A DNA stretch of 64,000 nt, taken from NCBI GenBank assembly GCA_002492525.1, contig DKZA01000010.1, positions 21,715 to 85,714 on the forward strand. Reading direction: 5' to 3'. The DNA is from Lachnospiraceae bacterium UBA7086 (GTDB taxonomy: Bacteria > Bacillota > Clostridia > Lachnospirales > Lachnospiraceae). This document shows positions 48,188 to 58,545 of the stretch, piece by piece; position 1 is the stretch's first letter, and each line of letters opens with the position of its first letter. Under the pieces are notes generated by a model. That model was not told where the DNA came from, made no database searches, and was given only the letters and a program-made list of their open reading frames with translations. Made by a program: the position numbers and the translations under genes.

Positions 48188-48853
48188 ATGAAATATAAAA
48201 AGATCAATGAAGCAACGGTACAATGTATCATTTCGGAAGACGACATGACAGAGTACGGTCTTACGTTATCTGACATTTTTGAACGCAATGAGAAGGGTGA
48301 GGAATTTTTGCGGGACATCATCGAGCGGGCCCATGAGGAAGTAGGCTATCAGATTAATAACGGTAACATCGCCATGCAGATTACGCCGTTAAAGGATAAG
48401 GGTCTGGTGGTGACTTTTACGGAAGAGGGGCCGGCTGCTTTTAAGGAAATGCTGCAGCATTTGAAAGAGGTGCTGCAGGATGTCAGTGCGGAGCTGTCTC
48501 ATCAGGACGAAGTGCAGCGGCAGTCACGTCCGCTGCCCCCGGCACAGGAATATGATGAGACTTGCAGGATGTTTGTCTTTGCGACACTGCATCAGGCGAT
48601 GCAGTATGCGGCGATGATTCCGAAGAATTATTCGGTGAAAAGCCATCTTTATAAAGAAGGAGAGGCATACTATCTGGTATTGGAAAAGAATCGTCTCTCT
48701 TACAGGGTGTTTAACAAAATCAGCGCTTCGGCGGTGGAGTTTGGCAATCTGGTCGTTGTATCCAAAGAGCGCCTGCAGTATTTACAGGAGCATGGGGAAT
48801 GTCTGATCAGGAATCGTGCGGTAAGCAAACTGCGCAGGATATATTCAGCCTGA
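48188..48853 (+). CDS. mecA: Adaptor protein MecA
   Basis: MKYKKINEATVQCIISEDDM; C-terminal EFG...YLQEHGECLI. Confidence 0.88.
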   Translation: MKYKKINEATVQCIISEDDMTEYGLTLSDIFERNEKGEEFLRDIIERAHEEVGYQINNGNIAMQITPLKDKGLVVTFTEEGPAAFKEMLQHLKEVLQDVSAELSHQDEVQRQSRPLPPAQEYDETCRMFVFATLHQAMQYAAMIPKNYSVKSHLYKEGEAYYLVLEKNRLSYRVFNKISASAVEFGNLVVVSKERLQYLQEHGECLIRNRAVSKLRRIYSA

Positions 48854-49002
48854 GCTGCGGGCAATATAAATATATAAGATAGGATGATACTGCTGCCATG
48901 CCTGTCTGTGACGGGGCTGGCAGCTCTTATCATGTAAATGCAAATGTGTGTGCCGGGAAGAATCGTATTTGGGCGCACCAAGGAAACAGGAATGGAGAGA
49001 AC

Positions 49003-50736
49003 ATGAGTAACAGTAAAATGAAGAACAAGGAACAATTTGACAGATTTCTGGAAAAGGAGATTCTTACACAGCATAAGTATGATAGTCTTTACGGGGAAAG
49101 TCAGGGAGAGGAGAAAGTAGAACAGGAGCAGATGCGTTATGAAGATGCGGGAATAGATGCAAGAATCTTACGAGCAGTCAAGGAACTTGGCTTTGAGCAC
49201 ATGACACCCATTCAGGAGCAGGCGATTCCGCTTTTCATGACGGGTAAGGATATCATTGGGCAGGCTCAGACAGGAACCGGTAAGACAGCCGCTTTTGGCA
49301 TACCGATCCTGCAAAAGATCAATCCGGAGGACCGATCCTTGCAGGCGGTGATTTTATGCCCTACCAGAGAGCTTGCCATGCAGGCGGCTGAGGAACTTAG
49401 AAAGTTTTCCAAGTATATGAATGGCATTAAGGTACTGCCTGTCTACGGAGGGCAGGATATTGTCAGACAGATTAAGAACTTAAAAGGCGGGGTGCAGATC
49501 GTGGTGGGCACACCGGGCCGGGTGATGGATCATATGCGCAGGCATACCCTTAAGATGGAGCATGTGCACACGGTGGTTCTGGATGAAGCGGATGAAATGT
49601 TAAATATGGGATTCCGGGAGGATATCGAGACTATCTTGAAGGAGATGCCTGCAGAGCGTCAGACAGGACTTTTCTCAGCGACCATGCCGAAACCGATTCT
49701 GGATATCACCAAGACTTATCAGAAAGACGCGGCTTATATTAAGATGACACCGCAGGAGGTTACGATTCCTCTGATCAAACAGGCTTATTATCAGGTACGA
49801 AAGCAGGATAAGGAAGAAGTACTCTGCCGGTTGATTGACTACTATGATCCTAAACGTGCACTTATCTTTTGTAATACTAAGCGGATGGTGGACGAACTGA
49901 CAGAACATTTGAAGGCGAGAGGATATGAGGTGGAAGGCCTTCACGGTGATTTGACGCAGGGACAGAGGGATACGGTGATGAATCTGTTCCGGGGCGGTAA
50001 GACCAATATTCTGATAGCTACTGATGTGGCGGCCAGAGGAATTGACGTGAATGATGTGGAAGCGGTTTATAATTATGATGTGCCGGAGGACATAGAGTAT
50101 TATGTGCATCGGATTGGCAGAACAGGGCGCGCCGGTAAGACAGGAAGATCTTTTACCTTGGTGGTAGGAAGAGAAGCCTACAAAATACGGGATATCGAGA
50201 GAGTATGCCATACCAGGATTAAGGAGCGTAAAGTGCCAGGTGCAGCAGACATTACAGCCAGAAAAGCGGAGAAAATTCTGAAGGAAGCCGTGGCTGTGAT
50301 TGAGAAGGAGGATATCAGCAGGGCGGCCGAATATATTTTGGATGCCGTGGCGTTAGGGCAGTACAGTGCCACCCAGATTGCGGCGGCCTTTATGAAAATG
50401 AGGCTGGGAGAAGAGATTGAAGATATTCAGGAAGAGAAGTTCTTCTTTGAGAGAAAAAGCAGAACATCCGGCCGTGGCGGGAAAGGTGATCGTGGAAACA
50501 AAAGTGGCCGCGGTAGAAAGGATGATCATGGAAACAAAGGCGGTAAAGGAGATTACGGAAACAGAGGCAGTCGTGACAGCAAAGGAAAGTATGGAGAAAA
50601 GGGACAGAAGAAACCTTTTAAGGGCGGTGCGCTTGGCAGTGTAAGATCCAAAGATGTAAGAAGGGACGGCAGTTACGACAGGCGGGATACAGGCAGAAAT
50701 AACCGCTATGGGGCGCTTCGTATTAAAACAAAATAA
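49003..50736 (+). CDS. DEAD-box RNA helicase (CshA/DeaD-like)
   Basis: AQTGTGKT, PTRELA, DEAD, SAT, ARGID, HRIGRTGRAG; basic RG-rich tail. Confidence 0.95.
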   Translation: MSNSKMKNKEQFDRFLEKEILTQHKYDSLYGESQGEEKVEQEQMRYEDAGIDARILRAVKELGFEHMTPIQEQAIPLFMTGKDIIGQAQTGTGKTAAFGIPILQKINPEDRSLQAVILCPTRELAMQAAEELRKFSKYMNGIKVLPVYGGQDIVRQIKNLKGGVQIVVGTPGRVMDHMRRHTLKMEHVHTVVLDEADEMLNMGFREDIETILKEMPAERQTGLFSATMPKPILDITKTYQKDAAYIKMTPQEVTIPLIKQAYYQVRKQDKEEVLCRLIDYYDPKRALIFCNTKRMVDELTEHLKARGYEVEGLHGDLTQGQRDTVMNLFRGGKTNILIATDVAARGIDVNDVEAVYNYDVPEDIEYYVHRIGRTGRAGKTGRSFTLVVGREAYKIRDIERVCHTRIKERKVPGAADITARKAEKILKEAVAVIEKEDISRAAEYILDAVALGQYSATQIAAAFMKMRLGEEIEDIQEEKFFFERKSRTSGRGGKGDRGNKSGRGRKDDHGNKGGKGDYGNRGSRDSKGKYGEKGQKKPFKGGALGSVRSKDVRRDGSYDRRDTGRNNRYGALRIKTK

Positions 50737-50769
50737 CAAAGTTGATTTGCGAAGCTAATTTACTTTTTG

Positions 50770-51366
50770 TCAGAGTACCAGCTCATGGCCGTGGTCTTTG
50801 AGCCATTTACGGTGGATACGATAGTCGGGGCAGACGTCGGCTACTGCCTGCCAGAAGGCGGGCGAGTGGTTCATATGGGTTAGGTGGCATAATTCATGGA
50901 CCACCACATAGTCCAGGACAGCGGGCGGTGCCAGCATGAGACGCCAGTTAAAAGAGAGGGTGCCCCTGGCGCTGCAGCTGCCCCAGCGGGTTTTCTGATC
51001 GCGAATTGTAATACGGTGATATTCGCCGCCGGTAAGTGGTTGGAAATAAGCCGCTCTTTTCGGAAAATATTCTCTGGCAGCTTTTATATATCGTTGTTCC
51101 AAAGCGAGGCGCTGGGTTTGGCTTAAGTCGGATACAGGGCGGTTTTTGTTCTGTTCCAACGCCTTCAGATAGTGGGTGATGATCCAGTGCTGTTTATCAA
51201 GGAGAATGTGTTGGATTTCTCGTGAGGGTGTGCCAATGGGTACCCGTAGTGTGAGTTTTGCGTCGGCACCGATGCTGATTCCGCAGGTTTTGCGTCGGCT
51301 TTCGATGACCGTATAAGGCAGATCATAAAGTTTGCTCTGGTATTTTATTCTATAAATATTTTCCAT
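50770..51366 (-). CDS. YgjP-like (DUF45) zinc metallopeptidase-fold protein
   Basis: QKTRWGSCS, FNWRL, YVVVHELCHL..MNHS..FW. Confidence 0.9.
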   Translation of the reverse strand: MENIYRIKYQSKLYDLPYTVIESRRKTCGISIGADAKLTLRVPIGTPSREIQHILLDKQHWIITHYLKALEQNKNRPVSDLSQTQRLALEQRYIKAAREYFPKRAAYFQPLTGGEYHRITIRDQKTRWGSCSARGTLSFNWRLMLAPPAVLDYVVVHELCHLTHMNHSPAFWQAVADVCPDYRIHRKWLKDHGHELVL

Positions 51367-51654
51367 GGGCGGATTCCTTATTTTGAATGATATGGACATT
51401 GGTATTATACGCTAACCTGGCGGACACGGCAAGAGGCAGATGCTTTTGTCGGTGGCAGGAAGATCTAGGGCTTCCTTAAGAATTTTCTATCTGCTCAGGC
51501 TAGTCCATTGACATAGGGACAAAAGTAATAAAATAACCGGGATTTTATGGACAAAATCCCATCAGTTGTGCTAGTATGGTGAAGGTGTAAAAAGGCAGAC
51601 AGAGTAGATAATAAAGATATAAAGTATAAAGCGGATAAAGCAGGAGTAGATTGC

Positions 51655-52491
51655 ATGAGCGAAAGAACGAAAGAACCGGACGGGAAGAGAAGATCTTCCG
51701 GCGGCAGCGGCCAGACGGCAAAGAAGAAAAGACCGGGAACCGCTTCCGGAAACCACCGCCCGTCCCAGAGCCGGGGCAGCAGTACAACTGTGAAAAAAAA
51801 GAAGCCGGCTGGTGCAGGAGACAGGAAGCGGACGGTTACGAGAAAAGCCGGTGCGTCGGGACAAAAAAGGACAGGAACCGACTCTGAGAGGATCAGAAGG
51901 ACATCTGAAAGGGCAAGAATGGAAGAAGACACCCATATGTCCAGCCGGGATAGGGAGCGTGCCAGAAGAAGGCAGGAGCGTTTAAAGCGCGTCAGAAGGC
52001 AGAAGATGATTATGGCTGCGTCTGCTACAGTGATCGTGTTGTGCCTGCTCACGATTCTGATTATTTTTCTTTCACCTGCCAAATGTATCATAAGTCTCTC
52101 AAAGGGAGACAAGTATGCCAGAAAAGAGGAATATGACAAGGCCCTGGAGGCTTATCAGGAAGCGCTTGAGACCAATGAGAATTCCGTGCGGGCATACAGG
52201 GGAATCGCGGGCTGTCTTCGGATGAAAGAACAGACAGCGGAAGCGGAACAGATTCTGTACACGGGCTGGGAGAAGACAAAGGATGAGGGAATTTTAAGGT
52301 ATTATCATAAGCTCCTTATCAATGATGCTGTGGCAGATATCAACGCCAAAAATTGTACACAGACGACCATGGACAAGCTGAATCAGGTGCTTATGAATGA
52401 TCCGCAGAATCAGGATGCGCTCTCGCTTCGGGATATCTGCAACGAACAGCTGTCCGGTGGAGAAATACAGGATACGGGAGAAGAACAATAA
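51655..52491 (+). CDS. Membrane-anchored TPR protein with basic disordered N-terminus
   Basis: TM segment then GDKY...YDKALEAYQEAL...AYRGIA TPR pattern. Confidence 0.8.
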   Translation: MSERTKEPDGKRRSSGGSGQTAKKKRPGTASGNHRPSQSRGSSTTVKKKKPAGAGDRKRTVTRKAGASGQKRTGTDSERIRRTSERARMEEDTHMSSRDRERARRRQERLKRVRRQKMIMAASATVIVLCLLTILIIFLSPAKCIISLSKGDKYARKEEYDKALEAYQEALETNENSVRAYRGIAGCLRMKEQTAEAEQILYTGWEKTKDEGILRYYHKLLINDAVADINAKNCTQTTMDKLNQVLMNDPQNQDALSLRDICNEQLSGGEIQDTGEEQ

Positions 52492-52574
52492 CAAATCGAG
52501 CAAGCTCGATTACGAGGACTGCTTCGCAGCCTCGGATAAAAAGAAATATTTAAAACGGTAAAGGAGATAAGACA

Positions 52575-54119
52575 ATGGGAAGAAAGAAACCTGCGGTATT
52601 GATGATTCTGGACGGCTACGGCCTGAATGAAAAGACGGAAGGAAATGCGGTCGCGCTGGCAAAGACACCGGTAATGGACAAGCTGATGGCGGAGTATCCT
52701 TTCGTGAAAGGAAATGCCAGCGGTATGGCGGTAGGTCTGCCGGACGGACAGATGGGTAACTCTGAGGTGGGACATCTGAATATGGGCGCCGGCCGTATCG
52801 TATACCAGGAATTGACAAGAATTACGAAGGAAATTCAGGATGGTACCTTCTTTGAAAACCCGGCATTGTTAGATGCGGTAAATAACTGTAAGAAAAACGA
52901 TTCTTCTCTGCACATGTTCGGCCTTTTATCGGACGGCGGAGTACACAGCCATAATACGCACCTTTATGGTCTGTTGGAGCTGGCTAAGAGAAACGGTCTT
53001 TCCAAAGTGTATGTTCATGCTTTCTTAGACGGCAGGGATACACCGCCTGCCAGCGGCAAGGGTTTTGTGGAAGATTTGGAAGCGGAGATGGCGAAGATCG
53101 GTGTGGGGGAAGTGGCTACCGTGACAGGCCGTTATTATGCGATGGACCGTGATAACAATTATGACAGAGTAGAGAAGGCATATCTGGCGCTTACCAAGGG
53201 TGAAGGATTGGAGGCGGAAAGCGCGCCGGCCGGGATTCAGGCGTCTTATGACAGAGATGAGACGGACGAATTCGTGAAACCCACTGTGGTAAAGAAGAAC
53301 GGGGCTCCGGTAGCGACCATAAAGGACGGTGATTCCGTAATCTTCTTTAATTTCCGTCCTGACCGTGCAAGGGAGATTACAAGAAGCTTCTGCGATGATG
53401 ATTTTAAGGGATTTGCACGGGAGAAAAAACTGGATTTAACTTATGTATGTTTTTCGGATTATGATCCCACAATCCCCAATAAGGAAGTAGCGTTTCACAA
53501 GATTACCGTGACCAATACCTTTGGCGAATGGCTTGCGGCAAATCATATGAAGCAGGCGAGATTGGCGGAGACAGAGAAATATGCACATGTGACGTTCTTC
53601 TTTAACGGTGGTGTGGAGGAGCCCAATGAGGGAGAGGAGAGAATCCTGGTGAATTCCCCCAAGGATGTGGCAACTTACGACTTAAAACCCCAGATGAGTG
53701 CCTATGAGGTCTGTGATAAGCTGGTGGAGGCGATTAAATCCGGTACTTATGATGTGATCATCATCAACTTTGCCAATCCGGATATGGTAGGACACACCGG
53801 AGTGCAGGAAGCGGCCATCAAGGCGGTGGAAGCTGTGGATGAGTGCGTGGGACGTGCGGTAGCGGCCATCAAAGAGGTGGACGGCGTGATGTTTATCTGT
53901 GCAGACCATGGCAACGCGGAACAGTTGATTGATGAAGAGACCGGAGCACCCTTTACGGCACATACCACCAATCCGGTGCCCTTTATCCTGGTCAATGCAG
54001 ATCCCGCATACAAGCTGCGGGAGGGCGGCTGCCTGGCGGACATCGTGCCTACGCTCATTGAACTGATGGGAATGGAACAGCCAAAGGAGATGACAGGTAA
54101 GTCGTTGTTAATCAAATAG
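52575..54119 (+). CDS. gpmI: 2,3-bisphosphoglycerate-independent phosphoglycerate mutase
   Basis: ILDGYG, GQMGNSEVGH, DGGVHSH, NFRPDR, AETEKYAHVTFF, DMVGHTG, ADHGNAE. Confidence 0.98.
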   Translation: MGRKKPAVLMILDGYGLNEKTEGNAVALAKTPVMDKLMAEYPFVKGNASGMAVGLPDGQMGNSEVGHLNMGAGRIVYQELTRITKEIQDGTFFENPALLDAVNNCKKNDSSLHMFGLLSDGGVHSHNTHLYGLLELAKRNGLSKVYVHAFLDGRDTPPASGKGFVEDLEAEMAKIGVGEVATVTGRYYAMDRDNNYDRVEKAYLALTKGEGLEAESAPAGIQASYDRDETDEFVKPTVVKKNGAPVATIKDGDSVIFFNFRPDRAREITRSFCDDDFKGFAREKKLDLTYVCFSDYDPTIPNKEVAFHKITVTNTFGEWLAANHMKQARLAETEKYAHVTFFFNGGVEEPNEGEERILVNSPKDVATYDLKPQMSAYEVCDKLVEAIKSGTYDVIIINFANPDMVGHTGVQEAAIKAVEAVDECVGRAVAAIKEVDGVMFICADHGNAEQLIDEETGAPFTAHTTNPVPFILVNADPAYKLREGGCLADIVPTLIELMGMEQPKEMTGKSLLIK

Positions 54120-54138
54120 GAAATTAGATAAGATTATT

Positions 54139-54185
54139 AAAAAGGGATATACATGTTGGATCTGATACATGTATATCTCTTTTTT
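54139..54185 (+). terminator. Intrinsic terminator of gpmI
   Basis: AGGGATATACATGT...ACATGTATATCTCT followed by T run. Confidence 0.85.
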
Positions 54186-54224
54186 AATGCATTGTATGAC
54201 AAAAATAAGATCTGGTAGTGCAGA

Positions 54225-54277
54225 TTGACATTTTCCCATATATATTGTATATTAAGTGTACCATCACAAATAGTACA
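54225..54277 (+). promoter_or_regulatory. Promoter and YtrA-type operator
   Basis: TTGACA-N17-TATATT; TGTAC-N11-GTACA at 54257-54277. Confidence 0.65.
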
Positions 54278-54323
54278 GTTAGTATACGTAGAGAGAAGAT
54301 GGAATGAAAGGAAAGGAGAAAGC

Positions 54324-54683
54324 ATGATCATCATAGACTATAAGGACACGAGGCCGATATACGAACAGATTGTTGATAAGTTCAAAACCCTGATACTGCA
54401 TGGCGCATTGCAGCCAGATGAACAGATGCCTTCCGTGCGGAATCTGGCGATGGAACTTTCTATCAACCCGAATACCATTCAGAAGGCTTATGCGGAGCTT
54501 GAACGGCAGGGATTTATCTATACGGTCAAGGGCAGGGGAAACTTTGTATCCGGCGACGGTAAACTGGTGGAAGAGCGTAAATGTGAATGTATACAGAAGA
54601 TTCTGGAGCTGGCCAAAGAAGTGTTGGAGATTGGTATGACGAAGATAGAATTAATCCGGGAGATTGAGCAGCTACAGGTATGA
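54324..54683 (+). CDS. GntR family (YtrA subfamily) regulator
   Basis: PIYEQI, MPSVRNLA..LSINPNTIQKAY.ELE..G. Confidence 0.93.
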   Translation: MIIIDYKDTRPIYEQIVDKFKTLILHGALQPDEQMPSVRNLAMELSINPNTIQKAYAELERQGFIYTVKGRGNFVSGDGKLVEERKCECIQKILELAKEVLEIGMTKIELIREIEQLQV

Positions 54684-54705
54684 CAGACAGAAAGAGAGGA
54701 GATTT

Positions 54706-55611
54706 ATGATAGAGATACATAATCTGACGAAGAATTTTGACAAGATCAAAGCAGTCGATGATGTCAGTGTTATTATAAAAGAAAAGACGGTGTTTGGATT
54801 GATAGGCACAAACGGCGCCGGAAAGAGCACGGTGCTGCGCATGGTGTCCGGCGTGTTAAAACCGGATGATGGTACGGTAGCCGTGGATAATATGCCGGTT
54901 TATGACAATGTGGAGGCGAAGAAGAAACTGTTTTTCATAGCGGATGAACCCTATTTTTTTGCCAACGCAAATGCCCAGACTATGGAGCATTATTACAGCG
55001 GAGTCTATGATAATTTTGATAAAGTGGAATTTTATAAATATCTGGATAAGTTCAATCTGGATAAAAGGAGAAGAATCGGCACTTTTTCCAAGGGTATGAA
55101 GAAGCAGCTGGCACTGCTTCTTGGTATCTGTGCGCACACAAAGTACATTCTCTGTGATGAGACTTTTGACGGGCTTGATCCAGTGATGCGTCAGGGCGTG
55201 AAATCCATTTTTGCCAAGGAGATGGAGGAGAGAGGGCTGACCCCTGTGATTGCATCCCACAATTTAAGGGAGTTGGAAGATATCTGCGATCATGTGGGAC
55301 TGTTACATAAAGGCGGGGTACTGTTATCAAAGGATCTGGAGGACATGAAATGTAATATCCAGAAGATACAGTGCGTGTTTTCTTCTACGGAAGACGAATT
55401 AAAAGTATTAAATGGTCTTACGGTGCTTAAGAAAGAGCAGAGAGGATCTTTGTGCACCGTTACCGTGAGGAGTACAAGAGAGGAAGTGGAGGCGAGATTC
55501 GCCACGGTGGATATGATATTTTATGAGGTGCTTCCTCTGTCTCTGGAAGAAATATTTATCAGCGAAACGGAGGTGGTAGGCTATGACATCAAAAAACTCA
55601 TTCTGGGCTAG
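54706..55611 (+). CDS. ABC transporter ATP-binding protein (YtrB-like)
   Basis: GTNGAGKS, FSKGM, CDETFDGLDP. Confidence 0.93.
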   Translation: MIEIHNLTKNFDKIKAVDDVSVIIKEKTVFGLIGTNGAGKSTVLRMVSGVLKPDDGTVAVDNMPVYDNVEAKKKLFFIADEPYFFANANAQTMEHYYSGVYDNFDKVEFYKYLDKFNLDKRRRIGTFSKGMKKQLALLLGICAHTKYILCDETFDGLDPVMRQGVKSIFAKEMEERGLTPVIASHNLRELEDICDHVGLLHKGGVLLSKDLEDMKCNIQKIQCVFSSTEDELKVLNGLTVLKKEQRGSLCTVTVRSTREEVEARFATVDMIFYEVLPLSLEEIFISETEVVGYDIKKLILG

Positions 55612-57745
55612 CAGCAGGGAAAATCATAAACGGAGGATATGGGTTTGGATCGTGGCAATATTATCGCAGATTCTTTTGTACGGAGCCATGTCCATGATAT
55701 ATTTAAGCCGGATCAGGAATCAGTATGAAATGGGAACATTCCGGTCAGTGGAGGCTTTTCGCAGAGCTATGTATCAGGCGGCCAGGGATGCGCTTGCCTT
55801 CTCAGATAATCTGTGGCCTGTGATCCTCTTTTTGGGAGCGGTTATCGGGATGCAGGGATTCTCCTATCTGTATGACAGACGGAAGGTGGACATGTATCAC
55901 AGTGTACCTGTATCAAAGAAAAAGCGCTTTATGGTTATTTACGTAAATGGCATTATCATTTATCTGACAGGCAATCTGCTGGGACTTGTGACAGGTACAG
56001 TCATTGCGGCAGCGCAAAAGGCCGTTAACGTGGACGTGCTGGCTAACGAGGGACTTGCTTTTCTATGGAATTTTCTGCTGTTTCTGGTGATATATCACGT
56101 CATGATACTGGCGGTGATGCTCACGGGCAGCCGTTTTGTTACGCTGTGTATGTTTGGTGTGTTTGTCATGTATGAGATTGTGGTGTACTGGATTCTTGAC
56201 AGCATGAAATGGTCATTTTTTAAGACTGCAACCAGTTTTTATTTATATACAAATCCCAAAATATCGCCGCTGTATGATTGTATGGATGCGGGATGGGAGC
56301 TTAAAAATGCAAAGGATGCGGCCCAGGCGGCCCAGAAATGTCTGCCTCTTTGCGGCAAGTGGATTCTGATTGCGGCAGTGCTTTTTGCGGCGGCATACCT
56401 GTGTTATAGTAAAAGGCAGTCTGAGGCGGCCGGCCGTCCGATTGCCTATCGTGTTGTGGAACCAATCATAAAGATTGCTGTGGTCATCCCGGCAGGACTT
56501 TTGGTGGGGATGGTTGTGTTAGAGACTTCCTTCAATAACGAAATGCTGATGGTGACAGGTATGCTGGTGAGCGGTGTAATCTTTTGCGCGGCGATGGAAG
56601 TGTTATTTGCTTTTGATATCAAAAGTCTTTTTAAACATCTTTGGTCAGGCGGCATTGCTCTTGCGGGCATTTTGGCAGTATTTTGCATCTATAAGTGGGA
56701 TATATTCGGGTATGATAGTTATATACCGGAGCAAAATAAAATAGAAAGTATTGCAATTTCAGTATCCGGATACTATGATAACTATTGGGATGAGAACTTT
56801 GAATATATCAGCCAGGCGGACTTTGAAAAAGAGCATATGTTTATCACCGATACAGAGCCGGTTCTGGCACTTGCCAGAAAATTTCAGACGGCTGATGAAG
56901 AGCAGATGTCGGATGCCAGAAGCGTGCAGGTACTGTACAGGCTTCAGTCAGGCAGACAGGTGAACCGTTCCTTCCTTATAGACTATGATGACGCTGATGC
57001 GCAGGCACAGCTTAACAGGATTATGGGCTCGGAAGCCTACAGGAAGGGTGTTTTCCAGAGTATGTCGAAGGATGTCTTCCAGGATAAGCTGATGCGTGTT
57101 ACTTATACGAACGGTGCGGCTAAGGTAGTTATCCCTGTAGAAGAAGTGGACAGGCTCAAAGAGGCGTGGATGAAGGATATGGAGCAATATGATTTTACGT
57201 TAGTGCGGGAAAATCATCCATGCGGACAGATCAGTTTACAATATGTCAATTATATGTCAAGCAATCTGCTTGTATATGAGGAATTTGAGAATACAATCGC
57301 CTGTCTGAAGGAACTGGAGGCTTATTATCCGGTGAAGCTTAACGCGGCGGATATTGATTATATTACGGTTACAAATTATCATAATGAACTGACGGAAGCT
57401 GGGTATCCTAATGATCCGGGCTATGAATTATATCGGGAGGCTTGGGGGATTGCAGATACAGCGGTGGCCGTATCTGAAGAAGATGTTTATGTGGATTACT
57501 CGGTACGGGAGACCTTTTATGATGAGGAACAGATTTCGGAAATTTTAGAGAATCTTCATCCTGTTTGGCTGACGTCTGAGTTTGCAGGCATGGATGCCAC
57601 AGAGGACAGTTATTCTGTGGAAGTGGTATTCAAGAAGGATACCGCATATCCTTATGAGAGGGATTCTTATTATTTTAACTACTATTTTCTGGGCGGTCAG
57701 GTGCCGGAGTTCGTGGTGGAAGCGACCGCTTATGAGGGAGAATAA
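55583..57745 (+). CDS. ABC transporter permease (YtrC/DUF6449-like)
   Basis: FSYLYD..KVDMYHSVP motif, many TM segments, soluble C-terminal domain. Confidence 0.82.
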   Translation: MTSKNSFWASSRENHKRRIWVWIVAILSQILLYGAMSMIYLSRIRNQYEMGTFRSVEAFRRAMYQAARDALAFSDNLWPVILFLGAVIGMQGFSYLYDRRKVDMYHSVPVSKKKRFMVIYVNGIIIYLTGNLLGLVTGTVIAAAQKAVNVDVLANEGLAFLWNFLLFLVIYHVMILAVMLTGSRFVTLCMFGVFVMYEIVVYWILDSMKWSFFKTATSFYLYTNPKISPLYDCMDAGWELKNAKDAAQAAQKCLPLCGKWILIAAVLFAAAYLCYSKRQSEAAGRPIAYRVVEPIIKIAVVIPAGLLVGMVVLETSFNNEMLMVTGMLVSGVIFCAAMEVLFAFDIKSLFKHLWSGGIALAGILAVFCIYKWDIFGYDSYIPEQNKIESIAISVSGYYDNYWDENFEYISQADFEKEHMFITDTEPVLALARKFQTADEEQMSDARSVQVLYRLQSGRQVNRSFLIDYDDADAQAQLNRIMGSEAYRKGVFQSMSKDVFQDKLMRVTYTNGAAKVVIPVEEVDRLKEAWMKDMEQYDFTLVRENHPCGQISLQYVNYMSSNLLVYEEFENTIACLKELEAYYPVKLNAADIDYITVTNYHNELTEAGYPNDPGYELYREAWGIADTAVAVSEEDVYVDYSVRETFYDEEQISEILENLHPVWLTSEFAGMDATEDSYSVEVVFKKDTAYPYERDSYYFNYYFLGGQVPEFVVEATAYEGE

Positions 57746-57801
57746 GAACTGCCGTTTGGACTTATGGGACGGATCAGAAACGGCAGGAAACGGAGGAGAC
57801 G

Positions 57802-58545
57802 GTGGAGAAAGACAAAACAGCAGAGCCTGTAATCTCTGTGAAGAATCTGTATAAGATATACCGGGTCGGTGAGGAGAGAGTGAGGGCGCTAAACGGCGTC
57901 AGCTTCACCATTAACCGGGGAGATTTCTGCTCCATCGTGGGTACCTCCGGTTCCGGTAAATCCACTCTTTTAAATATGTTAGCAGGACTGGAAAAGCCTA
58001 CCAAGGGTGAGATTGTGATTGCCGGAGAGCATATGGAGCAAAAGAGTGAGAATCAGTTAGTGGCATTTCGCAGGGAACACATCGGATTTATCTTTCAGTC
58101 TTTTAACCTGATGGGCACCATGAACGCTATTGAGAATGTGGCGCTTCCTCTGACTTTTCAGGGAATGGACAAAAAGAGCCGCAATAAAAAGGCGGAGGAA
58201 ATGCTTGATCTGGTGGGACTTACCAGCCATAAGAAACATAAACCGAATCAGATGTCCGGCGGTCAGCAGCAGCGTGTGGGCGTGGCCCGCGCCCTGGTGG
58301 TGGAGCCGGAGATCATCTTTGCGGATGAGCCTACCGGCAACCTGGATTCCAATACTTCTGTGGAGGTCATGAACCTGATGAAGAAAGTAGTGCGGGAGAA
58401 GAATCAGACGTTGGTGATGGTCACCCATGATAATTATCTGGCAGGATTTGCCGATGTGATTCTGCGGATCCGGGACGGTAAGATTATAGAGATTGAGGAT
58501 CACAGAGGAGAAAATATCCCGGATGAGATAGCAGTAAAGGTATGA
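57802..58545 (+). CDS. ABC transporter ATP-binding protein (MacB/LolD-like)
   Basis: GTSGSGKS, MSGGQQQRV, ADEPTGNLD. Confidence 0.95.
   Translation: MEKDKTAEPVISVKNLYKIYRVGEERVRALNGVSFTINRGDFCSIVGTSGSGKSTLLNMLAGLEKPTKGEIVIAGEHMEQKSENQLVAFRREHIGFIFQSFNLMGTMNAIENVALPLTFQGMDKKSRNKKAEEMLDLVGLTSHKKHKPNQMSGGQQQRVGVARALVVEPEIIFADEPTGNLDSNTSVEVMNLMKKVVREKNQTLVMVTHDNYLAGFADVILRIRDGKIIEIEDHRGENIPDEIAVKV

Noticed and set aside
48188-48853. Methicillin-resistance mecA next to BlaI/BlaR-like genes
   Set aside because: The sequence is the ClpC adaptor MecA, unrelated to PBP2a; only the name is shared
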